64,000 nt of DNA. It comes from Octopus vulgaris (lineage: Eukaryota). The notes beneath the pieces are model-generated. The model saw nothing but the letters and a program-made list of their open reading frames with translations, did not search any database and was not told where the DNA came from. How positions within the stretch are numbered: position 1 is the stretch's first letter; each line of letters starts with the position of its first letter. The translations under genes and the position numbers were made by a program. The DNA is taken from the NCBI GenBank assembly GCA_951406725.2, contig OX597822.1, positions 101,370,001 to 101,434,000 on the forward strand, in the 5' to 3' direction. Positions 41,977 through 55,597 of the stretch are shown piece by piece.

Positions 41977-42420
41977 CAAGATAAGGGCAGAAGAAAAATT
42001 CTAATGCCAGATACGCTGAAACAAAAAAATTGTCGACAACCATTAAATTTATGCGCCTCTAATAGATTAGAGTTCACTTCCGGATTCTATCACTCTGTGA
42101 AAGTTTCTAGTTCGAATCACACGTGTCTCGAGGTGCGCCGAAGATTTTTCTATTTGGATATATTTGAGGTACTTAAGTCTGCTCGGGACTTGGTGCTTTG
42201 GTTCTTCCATGGGTATGAATAAGTATTTCATCTCGCGTATGTGCCGCTGAAGAGGGGAAAATTTCTCGTGAATTAACCCCTAAATTGGACCAATACGGTA
42301 ATAACGAATTTTTTAGAGATTTCTATCGGTTTGTTTCGAGACGCATAAATTTAATGGGTATCGACAATTTTTTTGTTTCGGCGTATCTGGCATTAGAATT
42401 TTTCTTCTGCCCTTATCTTG
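41976..42420. mobile_element. Element with about 85-bp inverted termini and an internal hammerhead carrying G12->U
   Basis: 41976-42060 is inverted to 42336-42420; 42242-42300 reads TGCCG CTGAAGA GGGG..CCCC TAAA TTGG A CCAA TA CGGTA. Confidence 0.72.
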
Positions 42421-42512
42421 TAAATTATGTATAAATTTTACTTTTAAAGGCATTTTTTGATATGCTGGCCATTGATAAAAAATTTTTCCCGAAAAAAATT
42501 TTATCCTATATC

Positions 42513-42590
<78 letters not shown>

Positions 42591-42796
42591 TATTTATACG
42601 AGGGTATTCTTTCAGTTTCCGTCAAGCAAATCTACTTACGAAGTTTTGGTAGTCCCGACCTATAGTGGAAGGCATTTGCCCAGGGTACCTTGCAGTGAGA
42701 CTGAACCCGGAATCATGTGGTTGGGAAACAAGATTCTATTCACACGGCCAATCCAGTATATTTACATAAATACACACATATAAACATAAACATATC

Positions 42797-42836
<40 letters not shown>

Positions 42837-43045
42837 TATATATATATATATAGGGATAATAAATAAATTAGCGATATATAAACTGTAGCTCGAAATGCGT
42901 AGTAGATAAAACAGTCTACAGCTAGTGAAGGGATTGTTCTTTTTGTTGCCTGTTTCGTTTTCCATGTTGTATACGTTTTTGACGTGCTGTACCCATATAT
43001 GTATGTGTATATACATATATATGTATGTATGTACATGTATATATA

Positions 43046-43092
<47 letters not shown>

Positions 43093-43356
43093 AATATTAG
43101 GGAATAAATCCAAATTTACAGGGAAAAATCAGATTTAGGATTAAATCCAATTTTATAGTAAAATATTATATAATATTATATATTTAATTGTTGATAGGTT
43201 TATTTTAGTTTATATATTGTTTATATATTGATTATATATGGATTATATATAGGTTATATATAGATTATATATTTATATTTTTTCATTAATACTTTAATTA
43301 TTTTAAAAAAATTATTATTTTTATATTTTAAAATATTGATATTTTAGATTGGAAGT

Positions 43357-43399
43357 CCACCTGAAGATTGTCGATCAGGACAAGAAACAATTGTAGTGG
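43357..43399 (+). ncRNA. Type I hammerhead ribozyme, canonical core, in a (TA)n-flanked element (about 43090-43490)
   Basis: CCAC CTGAAGA TTGTC GATCAG GACAA GAAAC AATT GTA GTGG. Confidence 0.85.
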
Positions 43400-43484
43400 C
43401 GGTTTTTTTGACTTTTTATTAAAATTTTATGTATTGATTAAGTCTTTCCTTGTTTGTTTTGCAAAATAGTGGTTTTGTCTCTAA

Positions 43485-43557
<73 letters not shown>

Positions 43558-43822
43558 TTCTTCGAAACACGCTGGAGTTGAACTAGGAACAGCTGATGAA
43601 GGGGATTTTTCCTTGTGTAGTTATCTTGTACTCTGTGATTTCGTTGTTAATAAAAAAAAAATCCGTTCCATGCTGTTTTTACGTTTTCGTTTCTCGTTGA
43701 GTTCTACGTCTACTTGTGGTGTCCTGTACACACGTATATATATTTATATATGCATGTATATATACAAGTAGATGTAGGTACGTACATATATGTTTGTATG
43801 TATGCATATATTTAATTTATTA

Positions 43823-43861
<39 letters not shown>

Positions 43862-43875
43862 TAAATATTTCAAAA

Positions 43876-44068
43876 TGTGACCTCGTGTGTACCGTTGGCG
43901 ATTTTTTTCCCTCTGTCTTTCCTTCTCTGGATCTTTGCTTCTCCTATGTTTCCGACGAAGAGCTCCGCTCGAAACGTTAAACCCTCCTTCTTTCTTGAGC
44001 GTCCAATAATACTATATTTGTTCCACGTCCTCGCGTAGTTGTCTTTTTTTGTGCTTTATTGTTTGGAT

Positions 44069-44075
<7 letters not shown>
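43876..44075 (+). mobile_element. Hammerhead-bearing element family H3 (copy 1)
   Basis: GTTT CCGACGA A GAGC TCC GCTC GAAAC GTT AAAC at 43948-43982; ends TTTGGATTAAC(TA)n. Confidence 0.72.
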
Positions 44076-44105
<30 letters not shown>

Positions 44106-44397
44106 GTACATAGATAGAGCTCATCAATGTTACATAATTATTGTTTGTGTTTTGTTCATGCACTCATTCATTGCTGACGAGGATCAGAGGGGAAATTCCT
44201 TTTCACTTGCCGCGTTTGAGGTATTGAATATTTGTTTCTAGGTCACGGTGTCTTAACGGGATAACCCCCCCGTGACGCTATCCTGCAGTCATTTGGTGCA
44301 TGAACAAAACACCTGCGGTAAGTATGTGACATCGATAAAGTTTACGTTATTTTGGCATCTTAGTAGTCTCTCTCTCTCTCTCTTTATATGTATGTAA

Positions 44398-44455
<58 letters not shown>

Positions 44456-44623
44456 TTGTGTGTGTATATACACCTACAAAAACACACACCAACACATATA
44501 TATATAATAATGTATATATGTATGCATGTGTCTGCTTATATATGTGTGTGTATATATACATACATATGTATATATGTATAAATGGATGCATGTATATATA
44601 TATATATGTATATATATATATGT

Positions 44624-44669
<46 letters not shown>

Positions 44670-44767
44670 GGTATATATGTATATGTATATATATATGAAG
44701 ATATACGTATATATATATATTTACATATATATATATATGTATATATGTAAGTATACATATATGCATA

Positions 44768-46442
44768 TCTATATATATAAAACTGACAATGTATGTCTGT
44801 CTGTCTGTGTGTTTCCCTAAAACTTGAGAACTACACAACCAATTTCATTCAAATTTTATACATGCCTTACTTAGGGTCCGGGGAGTGTCATCGGACACAT
44901 TTTTCCTAGGGCGAGCCCACAGCAATATCATATCTTCTCCACTACGATTCCCTAAAACTACACAACCAATTTCATTCAAATTTTACACATGCCTTACTTA
45001 GGGTCCATGTAATTTCATGGGCAAAAAAAAATGTTCAACTTCTTGCCTAGAACGAGCCTATAGCAATATAATATCTTCTCCACTATTTCAGTATTACGTG
45101 TTAAAAGTGAAACAAAAACATTTCTCTATTTTATGTCAGATACTTTCACTTTAACAATAAAAATAATAATAACAATTGAATTATATGTAGTAAGTAATAA
45201 TTAAAATCAAACTAAAGTATAATATAATCGTAACATAACAAAAGTAAAAATAGCAATTGGTATAAAATTGCATCAATGACTTGAACTTGAATAAGTGGTT
45301 TCACATGAATGGGAATAAATTAAAAATAAAATTAGCGTGCAGAAATGGAATAGTCCAGATGGAGCTGTGCTTTTACATTAGATTATCTGCTAATTAGCTA
45401 GCATTAATTATCTATATGAAGTTTGGCTGTGTGTAATATCTATTTTCTCGAACAGTCGCTCCTACAGAGTACTGCTGTTGGTTTATTTCTTATACATAAA
45501 GGACTAAAGCTTCAACTGCTTACTGCTTTCTGACTCATCGTAAGGTTTGTTGTTATTATTATTACTGTTTAACTATTGTTATCACGTTTGTTGGTTCCTC
45601 GTAAAGGAAACATTGTTGTGTTGCATTTGTTAAATAATTGTAAACTGTAACCCTCCCCCTTTGGGAGAAGGAGCTTTGGTTATTGTTTAAAAATTGAATT
45701 GTGTCCCTGTTTGGGAAATTGACAATATTTTCACCGTTTACACAGAAGTATTTTTGTTAGAATGCCTTCGATAGAAGAAAGTCCAAAAATGAATTTCGCT
45801 GCAGCCGTCGGCGGGCGCGAACTCATTGAAATTAAAATGGAAGAAATACGGATTGATCACCGACAAAGACGGTGAATCTAGGATAACACCACCAAACGAA
45901 ATAAAAAATTAAATTAAAGAAAAGACTATTGTCTATAAAGTATACAATATAGAGAAAAAAAAGATTTGAACACCTGGAGGAAAGCACCATCGAAAAGTGT
46001 CTTGGTGCGACTATGAAAGATATCTAACAGAGGCGGTAAATTCGCCACAATAGAAGCAAGGTTCGAGTCAACGGAGCGTGCAAGGGAGTACTCGACTCGA
46101 ACCTTGCAAGGTGGAAATATTTTATTTTTACCTTTATATCTGGGACGTAGGACGTCCCGGATAGAAATTTAAAATGTTCCCCCAGAATTAGAGGTAGGCT
46201 GGATTGTAGCCACACTTCTATACAAGAGGGAGGACAAGATACAATTGATCGAAATTGCAAGAGACGGGCCTACAATTCCAGTCTGTTATATATTTTGAGT
46301 ATTGTTATCACTAGCGATATCAAGATATAACTTTGTATTTTGTATTTTATGTGTAGATGTATATGTAATATGTACACATATATATATACACATATATACA
46401 TGCACTAGCACTATGACCCGGCAACGACCGGTCAAAATGCTA

Positions 46443-46443
<1 letters not shown>
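44768..46443 (+). mobile_element. Probable 1.7-kb non-autonomous Helitron containing a LINE ORF1-like fragment
   Basis: 5' A|TCTATATATATAAAA; 3' hairpin GACC.GGCAACG.CCGGTC plus CTAG|T; internal tandem duplication at about 44815-45090. Confidence 0.6.
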
Positions 46444-46508
<65 letters not shown>

Positions 46509-46511
<3 letters not shown>

Positions 46512-46932
46512 CGCAGGAGTGGCTGTGTGGTAAGTAGCTTGCTAACCAACCACATGGTTCCGGGTTCAGTCCCACTGCGTGGCATCTTGGGCAAGTGTCT
46601 TCTGCTATAGCCCCGGGCCGACCAATGCCTTGTGAGTGGATTTGGTAGACGGAAACTGAAAGAAGCCTGTCGTATATATGTGTGAATATGTATATATATA
46701 TATATATATGTGTGTGTGTTTGTGTGTCTGTGTTTGTCCCCGTAGCATTGCTTGACAACCTATGCTGGTGTGTTTATGTCTCCGTTACTTAGCGGTTCGG
46801 CAAAATTAGACCGATAGAATAAGTACTAGGCTTACAAAAAGAATAAGTCCCGGGGTCGAGTTGCTCGATTAAAGGCGGTGCTCCAGCATGGCCGCAGTCA
46901 AATGACTGAAACAAATAAAAGAGTAAAAAGAG
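46509..46932 (+). mobile_element. SINE family B, full length
   Basis: Complete copy. Confidence 0.92.
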
Positions 46933-46970
<38 letters not shown>

Positions 46971-47042
46971 ACATACGTTTGTATACACAGGTATGTATGT
47001 GTGTGTGTGTACATAAATATGTACATGTATATATCTTACTAC

Positions 47043-47368
<326 letters not shown>

Positions 47369-47907
47369 TATATACGTACATACTTAGCAGCGAACACAGA
47401 ATAGAGACTATCCGAGTATTTTCAATTACTGAGATGTAATTGCAACTGCAAACTTTTATCTCTTCTTTAGAGCCTCAGCGTGCCGTCCAGAAGTGCCTCA
47501 CCACCCAATAACACCACTCGTACGCCTTATATGCACACGTATCGAAGAGTAAGCCTTTACACATATACCTACAAGGCAAGTACGACAGATGTTATTAAGC
47601 ATCGATGTACACAGACCACGTAAAATCTCCATAAACGCTTGCCGTTTATAGCTCGGATACATAATTGAAATTCGAAGGTTTGTAAAATGTAATAAAAACA
47701 AGTTATAAAAGTTTTCACAAAGGATATCTTGTTTTGTTATGCCGTAGGAATGACAGTGATTAAAACGCTCACTTGTATCAGATTAAACTGCACCGAGTGA
47801 CAGCTTGGACAAGCGTATGCTGTCGTACTGCTCATGATGCCTTCTGGACGAATTTGGTAGATGGAAACAGCATAGAAGCACGTATATATATATATATGTA
47901 TATATAT

Positions 47908-48292
47908 CTTTCACTTGTTTCAGTCATTTGACTGCGGCCATGCTGGAGCACCGCCTTTAGTCGAGCAAATCGACCCCGGGACTTAATCTTTGTAAGCGCA
48001 GTACTTATTCTATCGGTCTCTTTTGCCGAACCGCTAAGTGACGGGGACGTGAACACACCAGCATCGGTTGTCAAGCAATGCTAGGGGGACAAACACACAA
48101 ACACACACACACATATATATATATATATACATATATACGACAGGCTTCTTTCAGTTTCCGTCTACCAAATCCACTCACAAGGCATTGGTCGGCCCGGGGC
48201 TATAGCAGAAGACACTTGCCCAAGATGCCACGCAGTGGACTGAACCCGGAGCCATGTGGTTGGTTAGCAAGCTACTTACCACACAGCCACTC
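47908..48292 (-). mobile_element. SINE family B
   Basis: Reverse-complement match. Confidence 0.9.
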
Positions 48293-48326
48293 CAATATAT
48301 ATATATTTACATATATATATATACAC

Positions 48327-48380
<54 letters not shown>

Positions 48381-48587
48381 ATATAGTTTTACTTTTTTTA
48401 CTGGTTTCCGTCAATGACTGCGGCCATGCTGGAGCACCGCCATGAAGGGTTTTATCCGAAAAAAATTGACATCAAGTCCAATTTTTTAAGCCTAGTACTT
48501 ATTCTATTGGTGTCTTTTGGCGAACCGATAGCTAATGGGCCCTTAAACACAGACACAGAGACACGCACATAGATACACACATGTATA

Positions 48588-48735
<148 letters not shown>

Positions 48736-48995
48736 GCGCAATGGCCTAGTGGTTAGGGCAGCGGACTCGCGGTTGTAGGATCGCGGTTTCGATTCTCAGA
48801 CCGGGCGTTTATTGAGACTGAGGCTCCGGCAGGGTGTGGTGGTGATCTCTGATGTACTCTTTCACCACAACTTTCTCTCACTCTTTCTTCTGTTGGCCTG
48901 CTCGCTTAGTCAGCGGGGTGGCGTCATTTGAAGGCATTGTGACCAGCGAGGTGTAGCAACATCTGATAGCCTAGTCGGTCACGGTGATCACGGTG

Positions 48996-48998
<3 letters not shown>
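48736..48998 (+). mobile_element. SINE with C head and alternative tail Y
   Basis: C head, then GCTTAGTCAGCGGGGTGGCGTCATTTG...(CACGGTGAT)2. Confidence 0.8.
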
Positions 48999-49032
<34 letters not shown>

Positions 49033-49036
<4 letters not shown>

Positions 49037-49600
49037 AAAGTTTATTTGTCAACAGAATATGGCAGTCCTATACAAGGACGAGGTTACTGTTATTTAACCT
49101 CAGGAAGATATCTTTTTCCCTGGCTATCGACAAAAAATTTGTGTCCGTATAGTATGAGCAAGGGAGGTCATCGCTACCGTCTCTAGCCTTCATGATACTC
49201 ACAAACCTAGTTTTCTGGGTTGGTTCCCGTTCTCGCTACGAGACAGTCACAGGCTACTGTTGGAGGCTCACTCAACTTGCTTATACTATATACGTCTTAA
49301 GCTATACAGTCGCTGATCTCGTAAAGAGAAAAACAGATAGCTTTAAATCTCCGAGCGAGTGATATGCAGTAATAGTACCGAATGGTAAGCTTTATTTGCC
49401 AACAGAATGTGGCGGTCCTATACAAGGGCCACGTTACCGTTGTTTAGCCCCCGGGAAATGTCTTTTCCAGTTGGCTATCGACACAGTATGTGTCATTATA
49501 GTATGAACAAGGGAGGTCATCGCCCCCTCTGTAGCTTTGATTATCACGAAGGCTGTGAGTATCACGGGAAACAACCCAGAAACCTAGGTCTGTGAGTATA
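49033..49600. mobile_element. (TA)n-flanked element with about 150-bp direct repeats plus an inverted segment (PLE-like architecture)
   Basis: 49035-49190 resembles 49385-49540; 49195-49230 is inverted to 49565-49598. Confidence 0.55.
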
Positions 49601-49606
49601 TATATG

Positions 49607-49665
<59 letters not shown>

Positions 49666-49881
49666 CGGCGTACATTCACTTTGTTCTCTTATATATATAT
49701 ACTTACATATAAGAGACCAAAGTGTACGTACGCCGCTATATTTTTAGATATAAAAAATACAAAAAGGGACAAGCGCGCAAAAACATCCAGACAGTCGATA
49801 CAAATAAAACAAGGATGAGTCATTCGGAGTTTTCTTTCTTCAGTCGAGTTCCAGATTATCTTTGCAATTTCTATATATATA

Positions 49882-49945
<64 letters not shown>

Positions 49946-49978
49946 CATATACACACATATATACATATGGACACATAT

Positions 49979-50017
<39 letters not shown>

Positions 50018-50019
<2 letters not shown>

Positions 50020-50203
50020 GACGGGCTTCTTTCAATCTCCGTCTACTAAATTCACTCTGAAGGCTTTGGTCGGCTCCAGTCTATAGTAGAAGACTATAGT
50101 AGAAGACTATAGTAGAAGACACCTGCCCAAGGTTACATACAGAGGGACTGAACCGCGAACCATGTGGTTGGGAAGCAAGCTTTTTACCGCACGGTCACGC
50201 CTG
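50018..50203 (-). mobile_element. SINE family B 5' half with an internal 3 x 13-bp repeat CTATAGTAGAAGA
   Basis: Reverse-complement match; donor of the insertion at 51074-51491. Confidence 0.85.
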
Positions 50204-50220
50204 CACATGTGTGCGTGTGT

Positions 50221-50281
<61 letters not shown>

Positions 50282-50338
50282 GCGTGTTTGTGTGTGTGTA
50301 TACATACAAAATTACATATATATACATATATATATATA

Positions 50339-51207
50339 TATTGGGTTAAATTCAAAAATGCCCGCAGAAATAAAATGCATTGGCAAAAAATTTTATGTTT
50401 TTTAAAAGGGAACTTTTGGCTACAAGATAATGTTTCGATTTCTCAATTTCATTGAAAAGGATAAAACTGAGCATTTTCGACACTACTTTGCTTTTTGCAT
50501 TTAATCGATGTGTTTAGGTCGCCGAAGCTGCTCATGAGATTTGTGCTGTGTCTGGAGAAGGATCAATGCCTCAAAGTACCGCGTTCAAAAATAGGATTTT
50601 TGACCTCGAGAACGGATCGCACACAAGTCGACTAATTAAGTTCAACGAAGAGCGAAAATCCACGTCAAACCACCAGAGAATTGACGGACCAGATGGATTG
50701 TGATAAAAAGAAAATTATGGTGAACCACCGTCCCTCAATAGGCAATGTTCAGAAACTTGGCACTTATGTGCCAAACACTTTGAGCGAAAACAAAAATTAA
50801 CGCTCCATAATCGTCGCCAGTTTTCTCGCTCATCATCGCTCAACACATGGTAGCAAACAGTGTTTTTCCTTACTGCATTGTCACTGGCGATGAAAAATAG
50901 TGCTTTTACGTCAACATGAGACAGAGAAAAGAATGTTTCAGCCCCGACAATCAAGCGGTTCTGCGAGCAAAACAAGACCTTCATCCTCGAAAGACCATGT
51001 TGTGTGTATGGTGGGACTGGGAAGGCATAATTCATTTCGAACTGCTTGAGCTCAACCAAACAATCAACGCGGAGCTTCCCAACCACATGGTTCGCGGTTC
51101 AGTCCCTCTGTATGTAACCTTGGGCAGGTGTCTTCTACTATAGACTGGAGCCGACCAAAGCCTTCAGAGTGAATTTAGTAGACGGAGATTGAAAGAAGCC
51201 CGTCGTG

Positions 51208-51239
<32 letters not shown>

Positions 51240-51305
51240 AATATTTATATGTGTATATGTATATATGTGTGTACATGCATATATATATATAGATATATAT
51301 TTATA

Positions 51306-51376
<71 letters not shown>

Positions 51377-51882
51377 ATATAGAAATATATATATAGAAAT
51401 TGCAAAGATAATCTAGAACTCGACTGAAGAAAGAAAACTGCCAATGACTCGTCCTTGTTTTATTTGTATCGACTGTCTGGATGTTTTGCGCAGATTCAAC
51501 GAAACAATTCAACAAAAAATTTCGAAATGGCGAAATACGGTTCTTCTGCAACACAACAATTTTAATCCTCACATCGCCAATATGACTACAGCCGCGATTC
51601 AAGAACTCGAATTGGAAGTGCTGCCTCGTCTTCCATACTCTCCAGACCTGGCGCTTTGCCCGGTGTATCGTTCAATAATGACGTGGAATTGAGGGCTTTT
51701 TTTTTTGGACGAATTCTGAGTCAAGACCGAGAGATTTCTATCACCACAACATCGGAAATCTTATTGAACGATGGGAGGAAGCCGTAAACAACAACAGAGT
51801 ATATCATTGATTAATTTGTTGTGGTTTTTTGTTTAAAATAAATTTTTAAAAATAGGCTCATGAGTTATTCCTCAACCCAATA
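50339..51882 (+). pseudogene. Mariner transposase pseudogene (probably mellifera-like), split by an insertion
   Basis: IVTGDEK, HPRKTMLCVWWDWEGIIHFELL, VLLQHNN and LPYSPDLA motifs; ends TATTGGGTT...AACCCAATA. Confidence 0.88.
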
Positions 51883-52029
51883 TACATACATATATATAAG
51901 CATGTATTTATGTATGTGTATGTGTGTGTGGGGGGGCTGTTTTCCAACTGCTTGATAACCGATATTGGCTCGTTTATTTCCTCCATCTTTCGTTGGAGTT
52001 TTTGCATCTTCGGTATTGGACCAGCTGCA

Positions 52030-52170
52030 GGTCGACTTTGCCTTTCATGCTTTCGGGGTCGATTAAATAAGTACCAGTTACACACTGGGGTCGATATAAT
52101 CGACTAAATCCGTTTGTCTGTCCTTGTTTGTCCCTTCTGTGTTTAGCCCCTTGAGGGTAGTAAAGAAATA
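52030..52170 (+). mobile_element. 5'-truncated SINE family A
   Basis: 18-bp TSD GGTATTGGACCAGCTGCA at 52012-52029 and 52171-52188. Confidence 0.92.
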
Positions 52171-52601
52171 GGTATTGGACCAGCTGCACCTTTTGCAAGC
52201 CCAAGTCCAAGCAGTTTTTATGAGACATCATTCGTATGGATGACAGGTGACCCACATTAAGCTCATCTGTTATTTGAAAGGTCATATTTTTAGTCTTTCA
52301 TTGTCCACAACACCCTACTCACCTGGTGAGCCAGGCGTGGAAGCTGGTGTCACCACCCACCAACCGACCATGAAACAGGTAGTACTGGGTTACATCTTAC
52401 CAATAGCATGATCGAAACCGTTTAACTTCGTTCTCATCGCTTTTTGTAAAGAGATTTCATTGCAGATTTCGTTGTCAAAAGTGTCCTTCTTTGTTATGAC
52501 AGTAGCAATGTGTTATTCTTGCTGCTAATTCTAGCTATCCAGAGGTCACGTGGTAGATGGTAAAGCATTGTAACTGAACAAAAAATAAACCATTTCGTTA
52601 A

Positions 52602-52910
52602 TACTCTCCAAAACTACGCATCTGTCACCAAATGAAAATACGCACGGAGAATGCAGCAAATACATTAAGAAAAACGGTCGTTCCATTTGTAAAACTACAA
52701 AGAGAAGGGTAGACACCTCAGTATCAATTGATTTCGCTTTCTATATCAGTTGAGCTTTAAGTGTCAATTCGGCACAGAAAGCAAAATAAATTGATACTGG
52801 GATATCTACTCACCTCTTTGTAGTTTTACAAACTGAAACAAACGCTTTTATTTGCTACATTCTCCGTGCGTGTTTTCATATTGTGAGAGATGCATGGTTT
52901 TGGAGAGTTT
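52602..52910. repeat. Old diverged palindrome (about 140-bp arms) with a hammerhead 3'-half remnant
   Basis: 52602-52742 is inverted to 52776-52910; minus strand reads GAAATCAATTGATACTG. Confidence 0.7.
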
Positions 52911-52952
52911 TAATTCTTCTTTCAAGCAAACAGGTACATATTGTACCCTAAC

Positions 52953-53009
<57 letters not shown>

Positions 53010-53151
53010 CAAATTAAACTTAAATGTTGAAGTAAATCGAACGGCTTTTGTGTGTTTCTTAAATGGCTTACAAACACCTTCCACGCTGCAGTTGTTTTCG
53101 TTTCAGCACACGATCTCAGATCAAATCACTTGCTATGCGAGTACATCTCCG

Positions 53152-53283
<132 letters not shown>

Positions 53284-53964
53284 TATACAAAATGGGACAC
53301 GAACGCAAAACATCCAGACAGTTAGGTGATACAAAAAAGGGATTACAAAACACCCAGACAGACGATACAAAGAAAACAAGGACGGAAAAAACGGAGAAAG
53401 TTACACAAATACAAATAACAGGACATAACAACAGGTGTCTTTCGACTAAGGATGAATTAAATTAAGCTGGGGTGTGTGGAAGTAAAGCCTTACGGCAGGG
53501 ATACAAGCTTTCACGAGCACAAGGAAGAATATAGACGTTGCACTGACAACGGCCAAACCAAGAAAGAAAGGTCAGGTTTGGCCGAACACCGGTCACGTGG
53601 GGAGAGAAGAGAGAAAGAGAGGTAGAGGCAGAAGGACAGAAGAAATAAGGAGGGTCGAGAAAAAGTGACAGGGCCATAGTGACGTGAAAAAATGGTGGGA
53701 AAGGGAGCATGAAGAGAAGGCAATGAACTGTGAGAGAGGGGCAACGAAAGAACAAAGATCGGAATGAACGAACTATGCGTGAAAGGGGTGATAGAAGAAG
53801 GAAAGAATAAAAGAATAAGAGAATAGATTCGTTCAAGATTTAGATAAATATATACTTATATATAAGAGACCAAAGTGTACATATGCCGCTATATATATAT
53901 ATATATATTTTATATATATAGACATATATATGTATATTATATATATTTTTTTTATATATATATA

Positions 53965-54420
<456 letters not shown>

Positions 54421-54793
54421 CTCACGTACCCACCTTTAGGACTGTATGATCTAGTGTCCTCTTGGATGTGATTTGAAGTAGATTTGACTATCGTTTGTAA
54501 CAGGTCGCGCGACCGCATTTGAGGCCGCCAAATTCATACGTGGTGATAGTGCTGGCGGCAGTGGTGTTGACAGAAAAACATTTGGGTGAAGTTGAGGCGC
54601 TGTTAATTTTTTTTTTTTTTTGTCTTTTTTTTTTTGCTTTCCTCCAAGTCAGAACTAGTGGAGGAGACTCATTATCAGAGATAGTCCACTCATTATTTAC
54701 ATCATTTATATTTGATGGATATTTGTCCTCATCTTTATATATTTGATGGTTGGTAGTAAGGAGAGACACACAAATAAAAAAGAAGAAAGCAAA

Positions 54794-54838
54794 GGACCAC
54801 TGATGAGGTCACAGAAGTGTGACGAAAGAACTCTGGCC
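54794..54838 (+). ncRNA. Minimal type I hammerhead
   Basis: CCA CTGATGA G GTCAC AGAAGT GTGAC GAAAG AA CTC TGG; CUC triplet. Confidence 0.72.
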
Positions 54839-54956
54839 GAAATAAGATTAAGATTAATGTAAAAAATAAATGAAGCTGAAGCAAATTAACACCAAATATA
54901 TAGTGCGTGTGTTTTTATTGGCTAACCTGGCAAAATGACCATTCCTAAATACAACA

Positions 54957-55152
54957 ATGTCCTCATCTTGTTTGTTGTTAACAGAACGTTTCGGCTGATA
55001 TACCCTCCAGCCTTCATCAGGTGTCTTCGGGAAATTTCGAACCCGGGTATTTTTCGATGTTGTTATCATTATCATTATTATTATTCAGGTCACTGCTTGG
55101 TTAAGAGTGCGGGCTACTAACCCAAGATTCCGAGTTCGATTCCAGGCAGTAA

Positions 55153-55239
<87 letters not shown>

Positions 55240-55357
55240 CATCGAAAAATACCTTAGGAATGAGAACCCAGGTTCGAAATTTCCCCAAGACACCTGATGA
55301 AGGCTGGAGGGTATATCTGCCGAAATCTTGTGTTAACAACAAACAAGATGAGGACAA
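54957..55357. mobile_element. Foldback element: tRNA-like head, (AAT)n and hammerhead, with an inverted partial copy
   Basis: TGGTTAAGAG...GAGTTCGATTCC at 55098-55143; GACAC CTGATGA AGGCTG..CAGCC GAAAC GTT on the minus arm (about 54980-55025) and its counterpart at about 55289-55335 on plus. Confidence 0.8.
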
Positions 55358-55597
55358 ACAAGTTCCGTCAATTGTAACTAATGTAACTAATGTAAATAAT
55401 GTACATAATTCCTCATTTCTTAAATATAGAAGTGTATAGAACATGATCATGCCATTTTTTTTATTTCCTTTCTGCAGGAAGCCAACCTACAATCATATCG
55501 CCAAATGTGTCCTTTTCTACGGAGTTCTGGTGGCTATTTCTAACACACGATTCGACCACATAGAGCCTATTATATTAGTTCGAATTGCTGTGAACCT

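Noticed and set aside
44170-44215. CTGACGA-GGA...TCC as a hammerhead
   Set aside because: No GAAA or NUH after the putative stem II
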